59,070 nucleotides of DNA, filler included, from 9 parts of 9 records of this genome joined end to end with filler, not necessarily neighbours in it; one strand, 5' to 3'. Counted from the first letter of the whole stretch, positions 49,227 to 59,026 are shown. Numbers and translations are program-made. The notes: generated by a model not told the origin, from the letters alone.

Positions 49227-50012
49227 ATGCAATCACTACTTGAAAAAGCTACTGCGGCTGTCCTTGAGGCCGGTGAAATAATCAGGGAAAGTTACAATAA
49301 GCCTAAGAAGATTAAGCATAAAGGCCGCATTGATCTCGTAACTGAGACTGATCTGGCGGTTGAAAGATTTCTTAAAGCAAAACTTGCTGAGATATTGCCG
49401 GGATCGTCATTTTTGGCTGAAGAAACTTCCAGTGATGCCGAACTTGTTGACCGCACCTGGATCATTGATCCGTTGGACGGAACCACTAATTTCGCCCACG
49501 GGCTGCCCATGGTCGCCACTTCCGTTGCCCTTTGGGAAAACGGTCAGGTGGTGCTTGGTATTGTTAATCTGCCTATTCTTAATGAAATGTTCACTGCCGT
49601 GCGCGGAAGTGGCGCATTTATGAACGGTGAACCAATCCATGTCTCAGATTGTGATTCCCTTGAAGAATCGCTGATTGCCACCGGTTTTCCTTATGCCATC
49701 GAAGAACATGTTGATTTCATCACCGACGCCTTGAGCAGGGTGCTTGTTAAAACACAGGGAGTACGTCGCCCTGGAGCAGCTGCTTTTGACCTCGCATATA
49801 CAGCCTGCGGCAGGTATGAGGGCTATTATGAAAATTCCCTCAAGCCATGGGATATGGCAGCCGGATGGTTGTTGGTAGAGGAAGCGGGCGGACGCATTAC
49901 CGAATACGGACTTGGCGAATTCAATCTGTATTCACCTATGATTTTGGCCACTAACTCGCAGATTCATGAACAGCTCAATGAACTGATTCAGCCTCAAAAT
50001 CAGCTTACTTAA
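49227..50012 (+). CDS. suhB: Inositol monophosphatase family protein
   Basis: DLVTETD, WIIDPLDGTTNFAHG, RRPGAAA.DL, LKPWDMAAG; start uncertain (49203 or 49227). Confidence 0.88.
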   Translation: MQSLLEKATAAVLEAGEIIRESYNKPKKIKHKGRIDLVTETDLAVERFLKAKLAEILPGSSFLAEETSSDAELVDRTWIIDPLDGTTNFAHGLPMVATSVALWENGQVVLGIVNLPILNEMFTAVRGSGAFMNGEPIHVSDCDSLEESLIATGFPYAIEEHVDFITDALSRVLVKTQGVRRPGAAAFDLAYTACGRYEGYYENSLKPWDMAAGWLLVEEAGGRITEYGLGEFNLYSPMILATNSQIHEQLNELIQPQNQLT

Positions 50013-50520
50013 ACTTGAAGAGCAGATCACGATCATTAAGAAAGACAAGGGATGGAACCAGCAGTTCGCGATATTCACGAATCAGCCAGTCCAGTTCATT
50101 TTCAGAGTAAAAATAGCCGGAATCAGCTTCTCCTGTGAGAGGCTCTGGATTTGTGTTCAGTTTATCCAATACGAAAAGGGAAATGAATTCGTAGCCTGTT
50201 TCAGATGATGCTCTAATTTCATCGATCAATTTCAGGCTGGGACTACGTATGCCCAGTTTGTGTTCAAGTTCACGTAAGGCAGCTTTTTCATTGGACTCGC
50301 CAGTATATACGTGTCCGCTTACTGAAACATCCCAGCGTCCGGCATATAGTTTTTGCTTCGAACTTCTTTTTTGAAGAAAAAGTTTTCCTTCATTGTCATA
50401 GACAAGTATAATCACTGAGCGATGCCGCAATGACTGGCGGTGGACTTCATTGATGTCCATGCTTGTTAAAGGACGGTTGTTCTGGTCGACAACCTCGATC
50501 TGAATAGTATTTTTTTTCAC
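50005..50520 (-). CDS. NUDIX hydrolase (IPP-isomerase type 1/YfcD-like)
   Basis: VVD......., L.HRSV, LQKRS..K..Y.G.WD....GHV..GES...AA.REL...LGI; GTG start inferred. Confidence 0.8.
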   Translation of the reverse strand: MKKNTIQIEVVDQNNRPLTSMDINEVHRQSLRHRSVIILVYDNEGKLFLQKRSSKQKLYAGRWDVSVSGHVYTGESNEKAALRELEHKLGIRSPSLKLIDEIRASSETGYEFISLFVLDKLNTNPEPLTGEADSGYFYSENELDWLIREYRELLVPSLVFLNDRDLLFKFK

Positions 50521-50651
50521 TTTTAAACAAATTCTTTTCGTTTTTGAACACAGACGTTCTTTCAATTCATAGAAATTGCGTGTATGAAGTTCATATTGAC
50601 TTTGGTTGTGAACTCTCACTTTCCACTCATGCACAGGTAGATAACTTATTT

Positions 50652-51116
50652 ATGAAAAGCGCGGAAGTCATCTCTGGCATTCAAAAAATTTTCGATCTTG
50701 GTCCGGAACATCTCAGCCAGCTCAGAGCTCTTGAGGCTCTGTGTTTTGAATACCGTTGGACCGAAGAACAGTTTCGACTGGGACTGGAAAAAAAGGCCTT
50801 CTTTGTCCTCGGATATGAAGAGCAGGGGATGCTGGTAGGCTATCTGGCCTATTCAATTGTGTTGGATGAAATGGAAGTTCTCAATTTGGGAGTTCACCCG
50901 GAGTTCAGGAGAAAGGGAATTGGCAAGGTGCTTATGCTGGATCTTATGCAAAGGTGCCGGGAGATGAATGTGAAAAGAGGGCTTTTGGATGTTAAGGAAT
51001 CCAATGCTCCCGCTATCGGGCTTTATGAAAGCCTCGGCTTTGTGCAGGTGGGGGTCAGGAAGAATTATTATCCAGATACAAGGGAAGATGCCCTCCTGTA
51101 TGACTTGGATTTTTAG
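50652..51116 (+). CDS. rimI: Ribosomal-protein-alanine N-acetyltransferase
   Basis: LE..CF...W, E.EVLNLGVHP.FRRKGIG, LDV.ESN..AI.LY..LGF...G.RKNYY....EDA. Confidence 0.85.
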   Translation: MKSAEVISGIQKIFDLGPEHLSQLRALEALCFEYRWTEEQFRLGLEKKAFFVLGYEEQGMLVGYLAYSIVLDEMEVLNLGVHPEFRRKGIGKVLMLDLMQRCREMNVKRGLLDVKESNAPAIGLYESLGFVQVGVRKNYYPDTREDALLYDLDF

Positions 51117-51152
51117 TCAGTAAACTCAAACCGATTTAACCACGGAGTGATC

Positions 51153-52343
51153 ATGCGCTTCATTGACCAACTTGATATTGCAGGAAAAAAACTGCTGATG
51201 AGAGTTGATTTCAACGTCCCCCTGGATGGTGAAACCATCACTGACGACAACCGCATCAAAGCCGCTGTCCCTACCTTTAAATATGCACTTGAAAAGGGCG
51301 CTTCGGTTATCGTTATGGCCCATCTGGGCAAACCCAAAGGCAAAAGGGTTGACTCCTTAAGCCTTGCTCCCGCTGCTAAACGCCTTGGCGAATACCTTGG
51401 AATGGAAGTCCCCCTTGCTCCCGATTGCATCGGATCTGAAGTGGAGAAAATGGCCGCCGAGTTGAAGCCCGGTCAGGTCATGATGCTTGAAAACCTGCGT
51501 TTTCATGCAGAAGAACAGGCCAAGACTCCTGAAGAGCGTGGCGATTTTGGCAAACAACTCGCCGCACTTGCTGATATTTATGTAAACGACGCTTTCGGCG
51601 TGGCCCACCGTGCCAACGCTTCTGTTGTTGACGTTCCTTATGCTGCAAAAGATTGCTGTGCCGGTTTCCTGCTCAAGCTGGAATGGGAATACCTCGGTGA
51701 AGCACTCAAGAATGCCCGCAAGCCCTATATCGCTGTTTCCGGCGGCGCTAAGGTTTCCTCCAAGCTCGGCATCCTCAACAATCTGATCGGCAAAGTTGAT
51801 GACTTCATCATCGGCGGTGCCATGGCCAACACTTTCCTGCTCGCACAAGGTAAGGCTGTTGGTAAATCCCTTGTTGAAGAGTCTCTCGTGGATACCGCCA
51901 AAGAAATCCTGGACAAGGCTGCATCCTCCGGCACCACTTTGCACCTGCCCACCGACTTTATCTGGGGTACGGACATTGATACTGCCCAGGGTGTTTGTAA
52001 CGGTGACTCCGTTCCTGAAGACGGCATGCTGCTCGACATCGGTCCTGATTCCGCCAAAAAGTTCTGTGAAGTCATCGAAAGGTCCAAGACTATCGTCTGG
52101 AACGGTCCCATGGGGTTGTTTGAGAAAGAGCCATTCGCACAGGGGTCCCTTAAAGTCTGCGAAGCGATGGCTAACCTTGATGACGCTACCACCATTGTTG
52201 GCGGCGGTGATACCGACGCAGTAGTGCATCAGGCCAACCTTGAAGACAAGTTTACTTTTATTTCCACAGGTGGCGGCTCCTTCCTCGAGTTTCTCGAAGG
52301 TAAAGAACTTCCCGCATTTAAAGCACTTAAGGAGAACAGCTAA
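51153..52343 (+). CDS. pgk: Phosphoglycerate kinase
   Basis: RVDFNVP, LENLRF, NDAFG.AHR, GGAKVSSK, WNGPMG.FE, GGGDT, ISTGGG. Confidence 0.97.
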   Translation: MRFIDQLDIAGKKLLMRVDFNVPLDGETITDDNRIKAAVPTFKYALEKGASVIVMAHLGKPKGKRVDSLSLAPAAKRLGEYLGMEVPLAPDCIGSEVEKMAAELKPGQVMMLENLRFHAEEQAKTPEERGDFGKQLAALADIYVNDAFGVAHRANASVVDVPYAAKDCCAGFLLKLEWEYLGEALKNARKPYIAVSGGAKVSSKLGILNNLIGKVDDFIIGGAMANTFLLAQGKAVGKSLVEESLVDTAKEILDKAASSGTTLHLPTDFIWGTDIDTAQGVCNGDSVPEDGMLLDIGPDSAKKFCEVIERSKTIVWNGPMGLFEKEPFAQGSLKVCEAMANLDDATTIVGGGDTDAVVHQANLEDKFTFISTGGGSFLEFLEGKELPAFKALKENS

Positions 52344-53098
52344 TGAAAAAATTAATGGCAGCTAACTGGAAAATGTATAAAACTCGCGCAGAAGCAAAAG
52401 CAACTGCTGCGGATCTGCTTAAAAAAATCGAAGGTAAACTTCCTGCTGACCGTGAAGTAGTAATTGCTGCTCCTTATACCGTCCTGGAAACCGTAGGTTC
52501 CGTGCTGGAAGGAAATGCTGATTGCCATCTTTCCGCTGAAAACCTTTATCCTAAAGCTGAGGGTGCTTTCACCGGCGAAATTTCTCCCGCAATGCTCAAG
52601 GATGTTGGTTGTGTATACTCACTGGCTGGCCACTCCGAACGCCGTGCAATCATTGGTGAAAGCAGTGAATTGGTGGGCGAGAAGGTCGCTTTCGGTCTCG
52701 AAAACGGTCTGTCCATGATCCTGTGCATCGGTGAAACTATCGAAGAAAGAAAAGCCGGGGAAGTACAGAAGGTTATTGACGAACAGCTCGAAGCTGGTTT
52801 AAAGAATGTAGCTTCCGACTTCGCAGCTGAAACCGTTGTAGTCGCTTATGAGCCTGTATGGGCCATCGGTACCGGTGAAGTGGCTGGCGAAGGCGAAATC
52901 GTTGAAGCTCACGGTTTTGTTAGAGAAAAGCTGAAAAATCTTTTCCCTGAAAAAGCCAATGAAATCCGCATCTTGTACGGCGGAAGCGTTAAACCTGCCA
53001 ATTGCGCTCAGATCATTGCACTTGACAATGTGGACGGAGTCTTGGTAGGAGGCGCGAGCTTGGACGCGGAAAGTTTCAGCCAGATCGCACTGGCTTAA
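52343..53098 (+). CDS. tpiA: Triosephosphate isomerase
   Basis: ANWKM, GAFTGE, GHSERR, AYEPVWAIGTG, LYGGSV, VGGASL. Confidence 0.97.
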   Translation: MKKLMAANWKMYKTRAEAKATAADLLKKIEGKLPADREVVIAAPYTVLETVGSVLEGNADCHLSAENLYPKAEGAFTGEISPAMLKDVGCVYSLAGHSERRAIIGESSELVGEKVAFGLENGLSMILCIGETIEERKAGEVQKVIDEQLEAGLKNVASDFAAETVVVAYEPVWAIGTGEVAGEGEIVEAHGFVREKLKNLFPEKANEIRILYGGSVKPANCAQIIALDNVDGVLVGGASLDAESFSQIALA

Positions 53099-53141
53099 AT
53101 ATCTGCCTTATTCCAGGTGAAAAAATAAAGGAAAAAAAGCT

Positions 53142-53480
53142 TTGCAAACGCTCGTAATTACTGTACACATTATCGCCTGCGTCTTTCTGATCGTTTTCGT
53201 TCTTTTACAGAGCGGTAAAGAAGACATGGGCGTAATCTTCGGCGGAGGAAGTGGTTCTGTTTTCGGTAGCACCGGAGCAGGCGGAGTTCTTGTAAAGATC
53301 ACTGCATTTCTGGCAGCAGTCTTTCTGGTAACTTCTCTCTCTTACAACTACCTCTCCGGCAACAGGATTGCTGATGAGTCCGTCATGCTTGAAGGTGACA
53401 CCATCATTACTCCTGAAGTAGAAAAGCCTGCTGTCACTTTCGAAGAGCCCGCAAAGGCTCCTGCAGAAGAGACCAAATAG
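53142..53480 (+). CDS. secG: Preprotein translocase subunit SecG
   Basis: VLLQSGK..MG..FGGG, two TM segments; tpiA-secG-tRNA-Leu order; TTG start. Confidence 0.92.
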   Translation: MQTLVITVHIIACVFLIVFVLLQSGKEDMGVIFGGGSGSVFGSTGAGGVLVKITAFLAAVFLVTSLSYNYLSGNRIADESVMLEGDTIITPEVEKPAVTFEEPAKAPAEETK

Positions 53481-53534
53481 TAAGTTTTTAAAAACTTCAC
53501 TGAAGTTCTTTAAAATATACGCTCGTATTTCAGA

Positions 53535-53564
53535 GCCGAGGTGGTGGAACTGGTAGACACGCTG
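53535..53564 (+). tRNA. 5' fragment of tRNA-Leu (anticodon lost at contig end)
   Basis: GCCGAGG-TG-GTGGAACTGGTAGACAC-GCTG, a typical Leu D-arm, downstream of secG. Confidence 0.85.
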
Positions 53565-53664
53565 NNNNNNNNNNNNNNNNNNNNNNNNNNNNNNNNNNNN
53601 NNNNNNNNTTAATTAATTAANNNNNNNNNNNNNNNNNNNNNNNNNNNNNNNNNNNNNNNNNNNN
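53565..53664. other. Artificial contig spacer
   Basis: N44-TTAATTAATTAA-N44. Confidence 0.99.
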
Positions 53665-54196
53665 GGATCAGCCCATGGACGAAATCCGGGCAGTTCTCAC
53701 CCAATACCCGGTGGCCACACGCCTGAAGCTTTCGGGAAAGATCATTGTTGGAAGGGACATCGCCCATGCCAAGCTCAAGGAACGACTGGACAGTGGCCAG
53801 GGCCTGCCACAGTACCTGAAAGATCACATCATCTATTATGCCGGCCCGGCGAAAACACCAAAAGGCTACGCATCCGGCTCTTTCGGACCCACCACCGCAG
53901 GTCGCATGGATCCCTACGTGCCGATTTTCCAGGCCGAAGGCGCGTCCATGGTGATGCTGGCAAAAGGGAACCGTTCCCAACAGGTAACCGATGCTTGCAA
54001 AAAATTCGGGGGCTTCTACTTAGGGTCCATCGGTGGACCCGCGGCGCGCCTTGGAAAAGACTGCATCACTTCCGTTGAGGTATTGGAATACCCCGAACTG
54101 GGGATGGAAGCGATTTATGAGATCACTGTCAAAGATTTTCCGGCCTTTATCCTTGTGGACGACAAAGGTAACGACTTTTTCGCAAACCTTCTGTGA
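53665..54196 (+). CDS. Class I (Fe-S) fumarate hydratase, C-terminal part
   Basis: [60 protein letters not shown]. Confidence 0.93.
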
Positions 54197-54235
54197 GGCA
54201 GTCCTTCAAGGCGCTGTTGTCGGAGATCGATTATC

Positions 54236-54267
54236 AAAAGGGCTTCTTCGGGTAAGAAGCCCTTTTT
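54236..54267 (+). terminator. Intrinsic terminator after the fumarase gene
   Basis: AAAAGGGCTTCTT-CGGGT-AAGAAGCCCTTTTT. Confidence 0.88.
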
Positions 54268-54439
54268 ACTGTTCAGCTTCCATGAAATGGAATCGTTGAG
54301 CAGGATCGAGTGGAAGGGCCTTCACCGAATAGTAAAAAAACCCGGAAAAAACAGGGCCGGGTATGGCAGACAGGGCAACCGGGTCCGTATTTACATCTGG
54401 TTTTCGATTTGGTTACCCTGGACAGGGCTGGCTTTCTCC

Positions 54440-54468
54440 TTGACAGTTTCAGACGCGCTAGTTAGTGT
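54440..54468 (+). promoter_or_regulatory. Putative sigma70 promoter about 310 nt upstream of the acyl-CoA synthetase
   Basis: TTGACA-N17-TAGTGT. Confidence 0.5.
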
Positions 54469-54714
54469 CCAACCAGAAATAGGGAAATTGGGTCCAGATC
54501 AAGGTGTGCGAAAAGTTTTACCGTAGATGCCCCGCAGGATATGCCCTTGGAGTGCAGTTGGCAGATATTTCCGGGATAAAATTTTTTGCCAACAATGATA
54601 TCGGACAAATTAGCCTTTTCTGGATGACAAGAGTTCTTTATCGACCGGGTTACCACTGGGCGATTGGGTGCCGAAGGGAAAGACGTCGTCGTCCAGCATA
54701 AGCCAAACACCAAT

Positions 54715-54757
54715 GGGATGCACAGGCGGGACAATTTCCGATGTGATCCCTTTTTTT
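54715..54757 (+). terminator. Terminator-like hairpin inside the 5' leader
   Basis: GGGAT(G)CACA...TGTGATCCC with an inner CGG(G)A/TCCG stem, followed by T7, ending 27 nt before the ATG. Confidence 0.5.
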
Positions 54758-54784
54758 CTTTTTACTAAAAAAGGCAGGAATCGA

Positions 54785-56950
54785 ATGGAAGGACTTGACG
54801 CATTGTTCAACCCATCGGCCGTGGCTGTCGTCGGAGCCTCCGGGACACCGGGAAAGGTCGGTCACGACATCTTCGTAAACATTCTTAAAGGCGGGTTTAC
54901 CGGCACCCTCTATCCGGTCAATCCCAAGGCGAAGTCCATCGCCAGTGTTCGCGCCTACAAGGACATCCAGGATATCCCCGACCCCATCGACCTGGCCCTG
55001 GTCATCCTTCCGCCGGTGCTTGCGGAAAGAGCCATTCAGCATGCCATTGACAAAGGGGTCAAGGCGGTTGTCATCGTTTCAGCGGGATTCAAGGAGGTGG
55101 GCGGCGAAGGATTGATCATTGAACAGCGCATTGTCGAGATGTGCCGTGAGGCCGGGGTACGGGTGGTCGGCCCCAACTGCCTTGGTGTCATCAACCCACT
55201 AACCGACGTTCGACTTAATGCCAGCTTTTCATCACGCATGCCTGCGGCCGGAAATATATCCTTCATCTCTCAAAGTGGAGCACTTTGCACCGCCGTACTC
55301 GACTTTGCAGCGGACAAGGATTTCGGGTTTTCCAAATTTGTCTCCATCGGTAACAAAGCGGATGTGGATGAGTTGGACCTGCTCCGCTACTTTCACCAGG
55401 ACCCGGAAACAGAAGTGATCATGCTCTACATTGAAGAGCTGCAAAGGGGACCCGAATTCATCCAAACGGTCAAGGAGATCACCGGCGGAGACCGCCCTAC
55501 CCCTGTTCTGGCCATCAAATCCGGTCGAACGACTGCAGGTGCCGAAGCCGCAGCCTCCCATACCGGCTCACTGGCCGGCAGGGAAGCGGTCTACGACGCC
55601 ATTTTTGCCCAAAGCGGTATTATCCGTGTGGATTCAATAAACGAACTGTTCGATTTCGGTATTGCGTTTGCCTACAAAAACGAAAGCGCCCTGGGGAAAA
55701 TGCGTCGCAAGGTTCCTTTGGGAAATCGCGTGGCCATTGTTACCAATGCCGGCGGCCCCGGTATCGTGGCAACGGATATGACGGTCTCTTCGGGCCTGGA
55801 ACTGGCCCATTTCAACGACGATACCGTTGAGGCTCTCAAAAGCCACCTTCCTGAAACCGCAAATGTGAACAACCCCGTCGACGTCATCGGCGACGCCGCC
55901 CAGGACAGATATGAGAATGCCCTGTCGGCCGTAATTAAAGACGAAGGCGTAGACGGTGCGCTGGTCATTCTTACCCCCCAGAGCATGACCAACGCAATCG
56001 GCACGGCCGAGGCCATTGTCCGCATTGCACGACGCTCCCACAAACCGATTCTTTGCTGTTTCATGGGAATTATTGACGTATCCACAGGCGTGAAGTACCT
56101 GCAGGAAAGCGGCGTGCCCGTTTACCGATTTCCGGAAAGTGCAGCTAAAACGTTCGGAGCCCTCTATCGATACTCCCGCTGGCTGAACCGCCAGCAACTG
56201 GCTCCCTACAGGCTAAAACATGACAAACAGCGGGCATCGGAAATACTTTCGAAGGCCTTGAATCAGGGCCAGACCTATGTGGGTGAAATCGGTGGGACGG
56301 AATTGTTGGAATGCTACGGATTTCCCGTACTGCCGACAAAAATGGCGAAAGACGAAAAGGATGCCGGAGAAATTGCGGAGAATATGGGGTATCCCGTTGT
56401 CATGAAAATCGTATCCCCGCAGATCATTCACAAATCCGATGCAGGCGGTGTTATGGTCGGCCTGGAAAACCGGGAAGAAGCCGAAAAGGCTTTTCTCACC
56501 ATCGTCGAAAATGCCAAAAGATACAGCCCCGATGCACAAATCGACGGGGTTCTGATTCAAAAGCTTGCCCCCAAAGGCCACGAGGTGATCCTGGGGATGA
56601 CCCGCTATCCGATTTTCGGTCCATTGATCATGTTCGGCTTTGGTGGTATTTTTGTCGAAGTTTTTCAGGATGTTGCCTTCCGTCTGGCGCCATTGAGCCG
56701 AAACGGCGCACGCAATATGGTGCGCAGCATCAAGGGACACAAACTGCTGGCCGGATACCGCGGTGAGACGAAAGCCGATATCGCCACGATCGAAAAAATG
56801 CTGGTGAGACTTTCCGATCTGGTCACCAACCATCCAGAAATCAAGGAACTGGATATCAATCCGCTTCTGGTTCACACCGAAGGTGAGGGCGCCACGGTAG
56901 CGGATTGTCGACTCATTTTAGAAAGTAACAAACCTGGAGAGAAAAAATGA
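54785..56950 (+). CDS. ADP-forming acetate/acyl-CoA ligase (ACD alpha-beta fusion)
   Basis: VAVVGAS, YPVNP, SAGFKE, GPNCLG, SQSGA, phospho-His motif ASHTGSLAG, NPVD..GDA, ATP-grasp HKSDAGGV, ELDINPL. Confidence 0.92.
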   Translation: MEGLDALFNPSAVAVVGASGTPGKVGHDIFVNILKGGFTGTLYPVNPKAKSIASVRAYKDIQDIPDPIDLALVILPPVLAERAIQHAIDKGVKAVVIVSAGFKEVGGEGLIIEQRIVEMCREAGVRVVGPNCLGVINPLTDVRLNASFSSRMPAAGNISFISQSGALCTAVLDFAADKDFGFSKFVSIGNKADVDELDLLRYFHQDPETEVIMLYIEELQRGPEFIQTVKEITGGDRPTPVLAIKSGRTTAGAEAAASHTGSLAGREAVYDAIFAQSGIIRVDSINELFDFGIAFAYKNESALGKMRRKVPLGNRVAIVTNAGGPGIVATDMTVSSGLELAHFNDDTVEALKSHLPETANVNNPVDVIGDAAQDRYENALSAVIKDEGVDGALVILTPQSMTNAIGTAEAIVRIARRSHKPILCCFMGIIDVSTGVKYLQESGVPVYRFPESAAKTFGALYRYSRWLNRQQLAPYRLKHDKQRASEILSKALNQGQTYVGEIGGTELLECYGFPVLPTKMAKDEKDAGEIAENMGYPVVMKIVSPQIIHKSDAGGVMVGLENREEAEKAFLTIVENAKRYSPDAQIDGVLIQKLAPKGHEVILGMTRYPIFGPLIMFGFGGIFVEVFQDVAFRLAPLSRNGARNMVRSIKGHKLLAGYRGETKADIATIEKMLVRLSDLVTNHPEIKELDINPLLVHTEGEGATVADCRLILESNKPGEKK

Positions 56951-58833
56951 AGCGTTCACTTTACTGGGCTGACGGCTATGTAGAAAAAATACGTACAGTT
57001 GATGAAGCCATCGCCATGATCCGTCCCGGGAAACGAGTCTTTATCGGAAGCGCCTGCGGCGAACCCCGGGAACTGGTCCGTTCGTTGTCACAAGCGGCCA
57101 CCCGGATCAGCGGGCTGGAAATCGTGCGGCTGATGAGCCGCGAAACCACCTCTTTGTCAGAGATAGCGGACAAAACAAGAGATCACAGCCTCAACATCCG
57201 GACCATCTATCTGGGCTCTGCGGATACCGAAAAGATTGCCCGATACATGCGTTTCATTACCCCCATGAACATGTCCGACGTACCCGGCCTTTTCCTCTCA
57301 CGGAAAATGCCGATTCATGTCGCATTGGTTCAAGTTGCCCCGCCGGACGATTTCGGCTGGATGAGCCTCGGCATCTCCGTGGATGTGACGCTGGCAGCGG
57401 CCCAAAGCGCCGATCTCGTAATCGCACAGGTCAATCCCAAAATGCCCCGGACAATGGGACAGAGCTTTATCCACGTGAACAGCGTCCATGCCATCGTGGA
57501 GCATGAAGAACCCATTATAACCATTGATCCGCGCCCCCAATCCGATGCAGCGGAACAGATCGGAAAACACATCGCCCGTTTCGTAGAAGACGGATCGACC
57601 CTGCAGATCGGCCTGGACGCCGCATCCCAGGCAACGGTCAAAACCCTGGCCGAAAAAAACGATTTGGGTTTTCACTCCCAGTACATCACCGATGATGTCA
57701 TGCACCTGTACGCTTCGGGCGTCATCACCAACCGCAGAAAAGGACTCAACGACGGCAAGCTTGTGGCATCCTGCGCCATCGGCAGCCAGAACCTGTATGA
57801 ATTCTTGAATGACAACCCCGGTGTGGATTTCCGGCCGTCCAACTATGTGAACGATCCGTACATCATCGGATTGCACAACCGTGTGATCTCAATGAATGTC
57901 GCCCACACCATCGATCTTACGGGCCAGGTGGCCGCAGAGGCCTCCGAGCACACTTTTTTTGCCGGTGTATCCGGTATTCCCGATTTTGTCCGGGGAGCAA
58001 AGCGATCCAAAGGCGGAAAATCCATTATTATGCTCTACTCCACATCAAAGGACGGCAAACGCAGCAAAATCGTACCTGTTTTAAACGATGCAGCCGTTGT
58101 CGTCCCCCGGGGCGATGTGCACTATGTCGTTACCGAATACGGCGTCGTCAACCTGTTCGGCAAAAGCCTGCAGGAAAGGGTTCTCGCCCTTATCGGAATT
58201 GCCCACCCGGATCACCGGGACCAGTTGTTCGACGCCGCCAAGGAAGCACGGCTCATTGGAAGCGAGCGTCATCTGGGAGAAGCCACGAAAGGCATCTATC
58301 CCATCCACCTGGAGGAGGTTGTGGAGAGAAATGACGAAGAGATCACCATCCGCCCCTCCAAGCCCGTTGATGAAAGGCGTATCCAGGAGCATTACTACAC
58401 CCTGGATAGAAAAGATGTACAACTGCGCTTTTTCCACGACAAAATCAGCTTCGACCGATCCGATGTGGAAACCCGATCACAAATTGATTACATCAAGGAC
58501 CTCACCCTGGTGGCTGTCGTCGGGGAATTCGGTTTCGGCAAGGTCATCGGAGTGGGTGAATACCTGCTGCTCTTAGAGAGTAACATTGCCGAAGTGGCCT
58601 TTTCCGTATCCAAGGAGTATCAGGGAATGGGGCTGGGAAAACTATTCATCCGCAAACTTGCCCGTGCCGCCAGGGAAAACGGTATATCAGGATTGGTCGC
58701 CTATACCTCACCCCAGAACAAAGGAATGATCAAATTGTTTAAAACGCTCCCTTATAAGGTCAAGACATCCTTCGATGGAGAGTCGTTGATGCTGAAATGC
58801 CGTTTCGACGAATTGGCTGAGGAATCGCATTAG
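56947..58833 (+). CDS. Acetyl-CoA hydrolase/transferase-family domain fused to a C-terminal Pat-type GNAT acetyltransferase
   Basis: PPD..G..SLG.SVD, DGSTLQIG, IDLTGQV, DFVRGA..S.GGKSII, VHYVVTEYG, IAHP..R; GNAT IRP..P.D, RFF, IDY, AEVAF.V...YQG.GLG; ATGA overlap with the ligase stop. Confidence 0.9.
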   Translation: MKRSLYWADGYVEKIRTVDEAIAMIRPGKRVFIGSACGEPRELVRSLSQAATRISGLEIVRLMSRETTSLSEIADKTRDHSLNIRTIYLGSADTEKIARYMRFITPMNMSDVPGLFLSRKMPIHVALVQVAPPDDFGWMSLGISVDVTLAAAQSADLVIAQVNPKMPRTMGQSFIHVNSVHAIVEHEEPIITIDPRPQSDAAEQIGKHIARFVEDGSTLQIGLDAASQATVKTLAEKNDLGFHSQYITDDVMHLYASGVITNRRKGLNDGKLVASCAIGSQNLYEFLNDNPGVDFRPSNYVNDPYIIGLHNRVISMNVAHTIDLTGQVAAEASEHTFFAGVSGIPDFVRGAKRSKGGKSIIMLYSTSKDGKRSKIVPVLNDAAVVVPRGDVHYVVTEYGVVNLFGKSLQERVLALIGIAHPDHRDQLFDAAKEARLIGSERHLGEATKGIYPIHLEEVVERNDEEITIRPSKPVDERRIQEHYYTLDRKDVQLRFFHDKISFDRSDVETRSQIDYIKDLTLVAVVGEFGFGKVIGVGEYLLLLESNIAEVAFSVSKEYQGMGLGKLFIRKLARAARENGISGLVAYTSPQNKGMIKLFKTLPYKVKTSFDGESLMLKCRFDELAEESH

Positions 58834-59026
58834 CCCTTGCCAAACCAGATGAAATGTGATCTATCTGTCACCTTTTGAATTGAAAAAAAACAATGAAAAA
58901 CGTTCAGCAAGGGTCAAGAACACAAAAATAGTGACCTGCGTTCTATCGTTTTTTGCAGTGGCTCCCCCAAAACAAAAGCCGTTGCAAAAGTTTTTATATT
59001 TTTAACCCCCGTTACAAGGAGCAGTT

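Noticed and set aside
5815-53664. Eight regularly recurring TTAATTAATTAA motifs flanked by N runs
   Set aside because: Identical 100-nt artificial contig linkers, not biological repeats or a CRISPR array. ORFs ending in X...LIN are linker artefacts, and cross-contig associations (for example DAC with kdp) are meaningless.
54475-54714. Words reminiscent of cobalamin (AATAGGGAA, CCACTGGG, GGGAA) or glycine (GCCGAAGG) riboswitches in the leader
   Set aside because: Core elements (GGTG-AA-TCC arm, B12 box, GGAGA/CTCAGG) are missing and spacing does not fit; kept only as an unassigned leader.
58855-58872. TGTGA...TCAC dyad upstream of PFOR as a CRP/FNR/Rex site
   Set aside because: Half-site spacing is 8 nt rather than 6, and the right half is imperfect.
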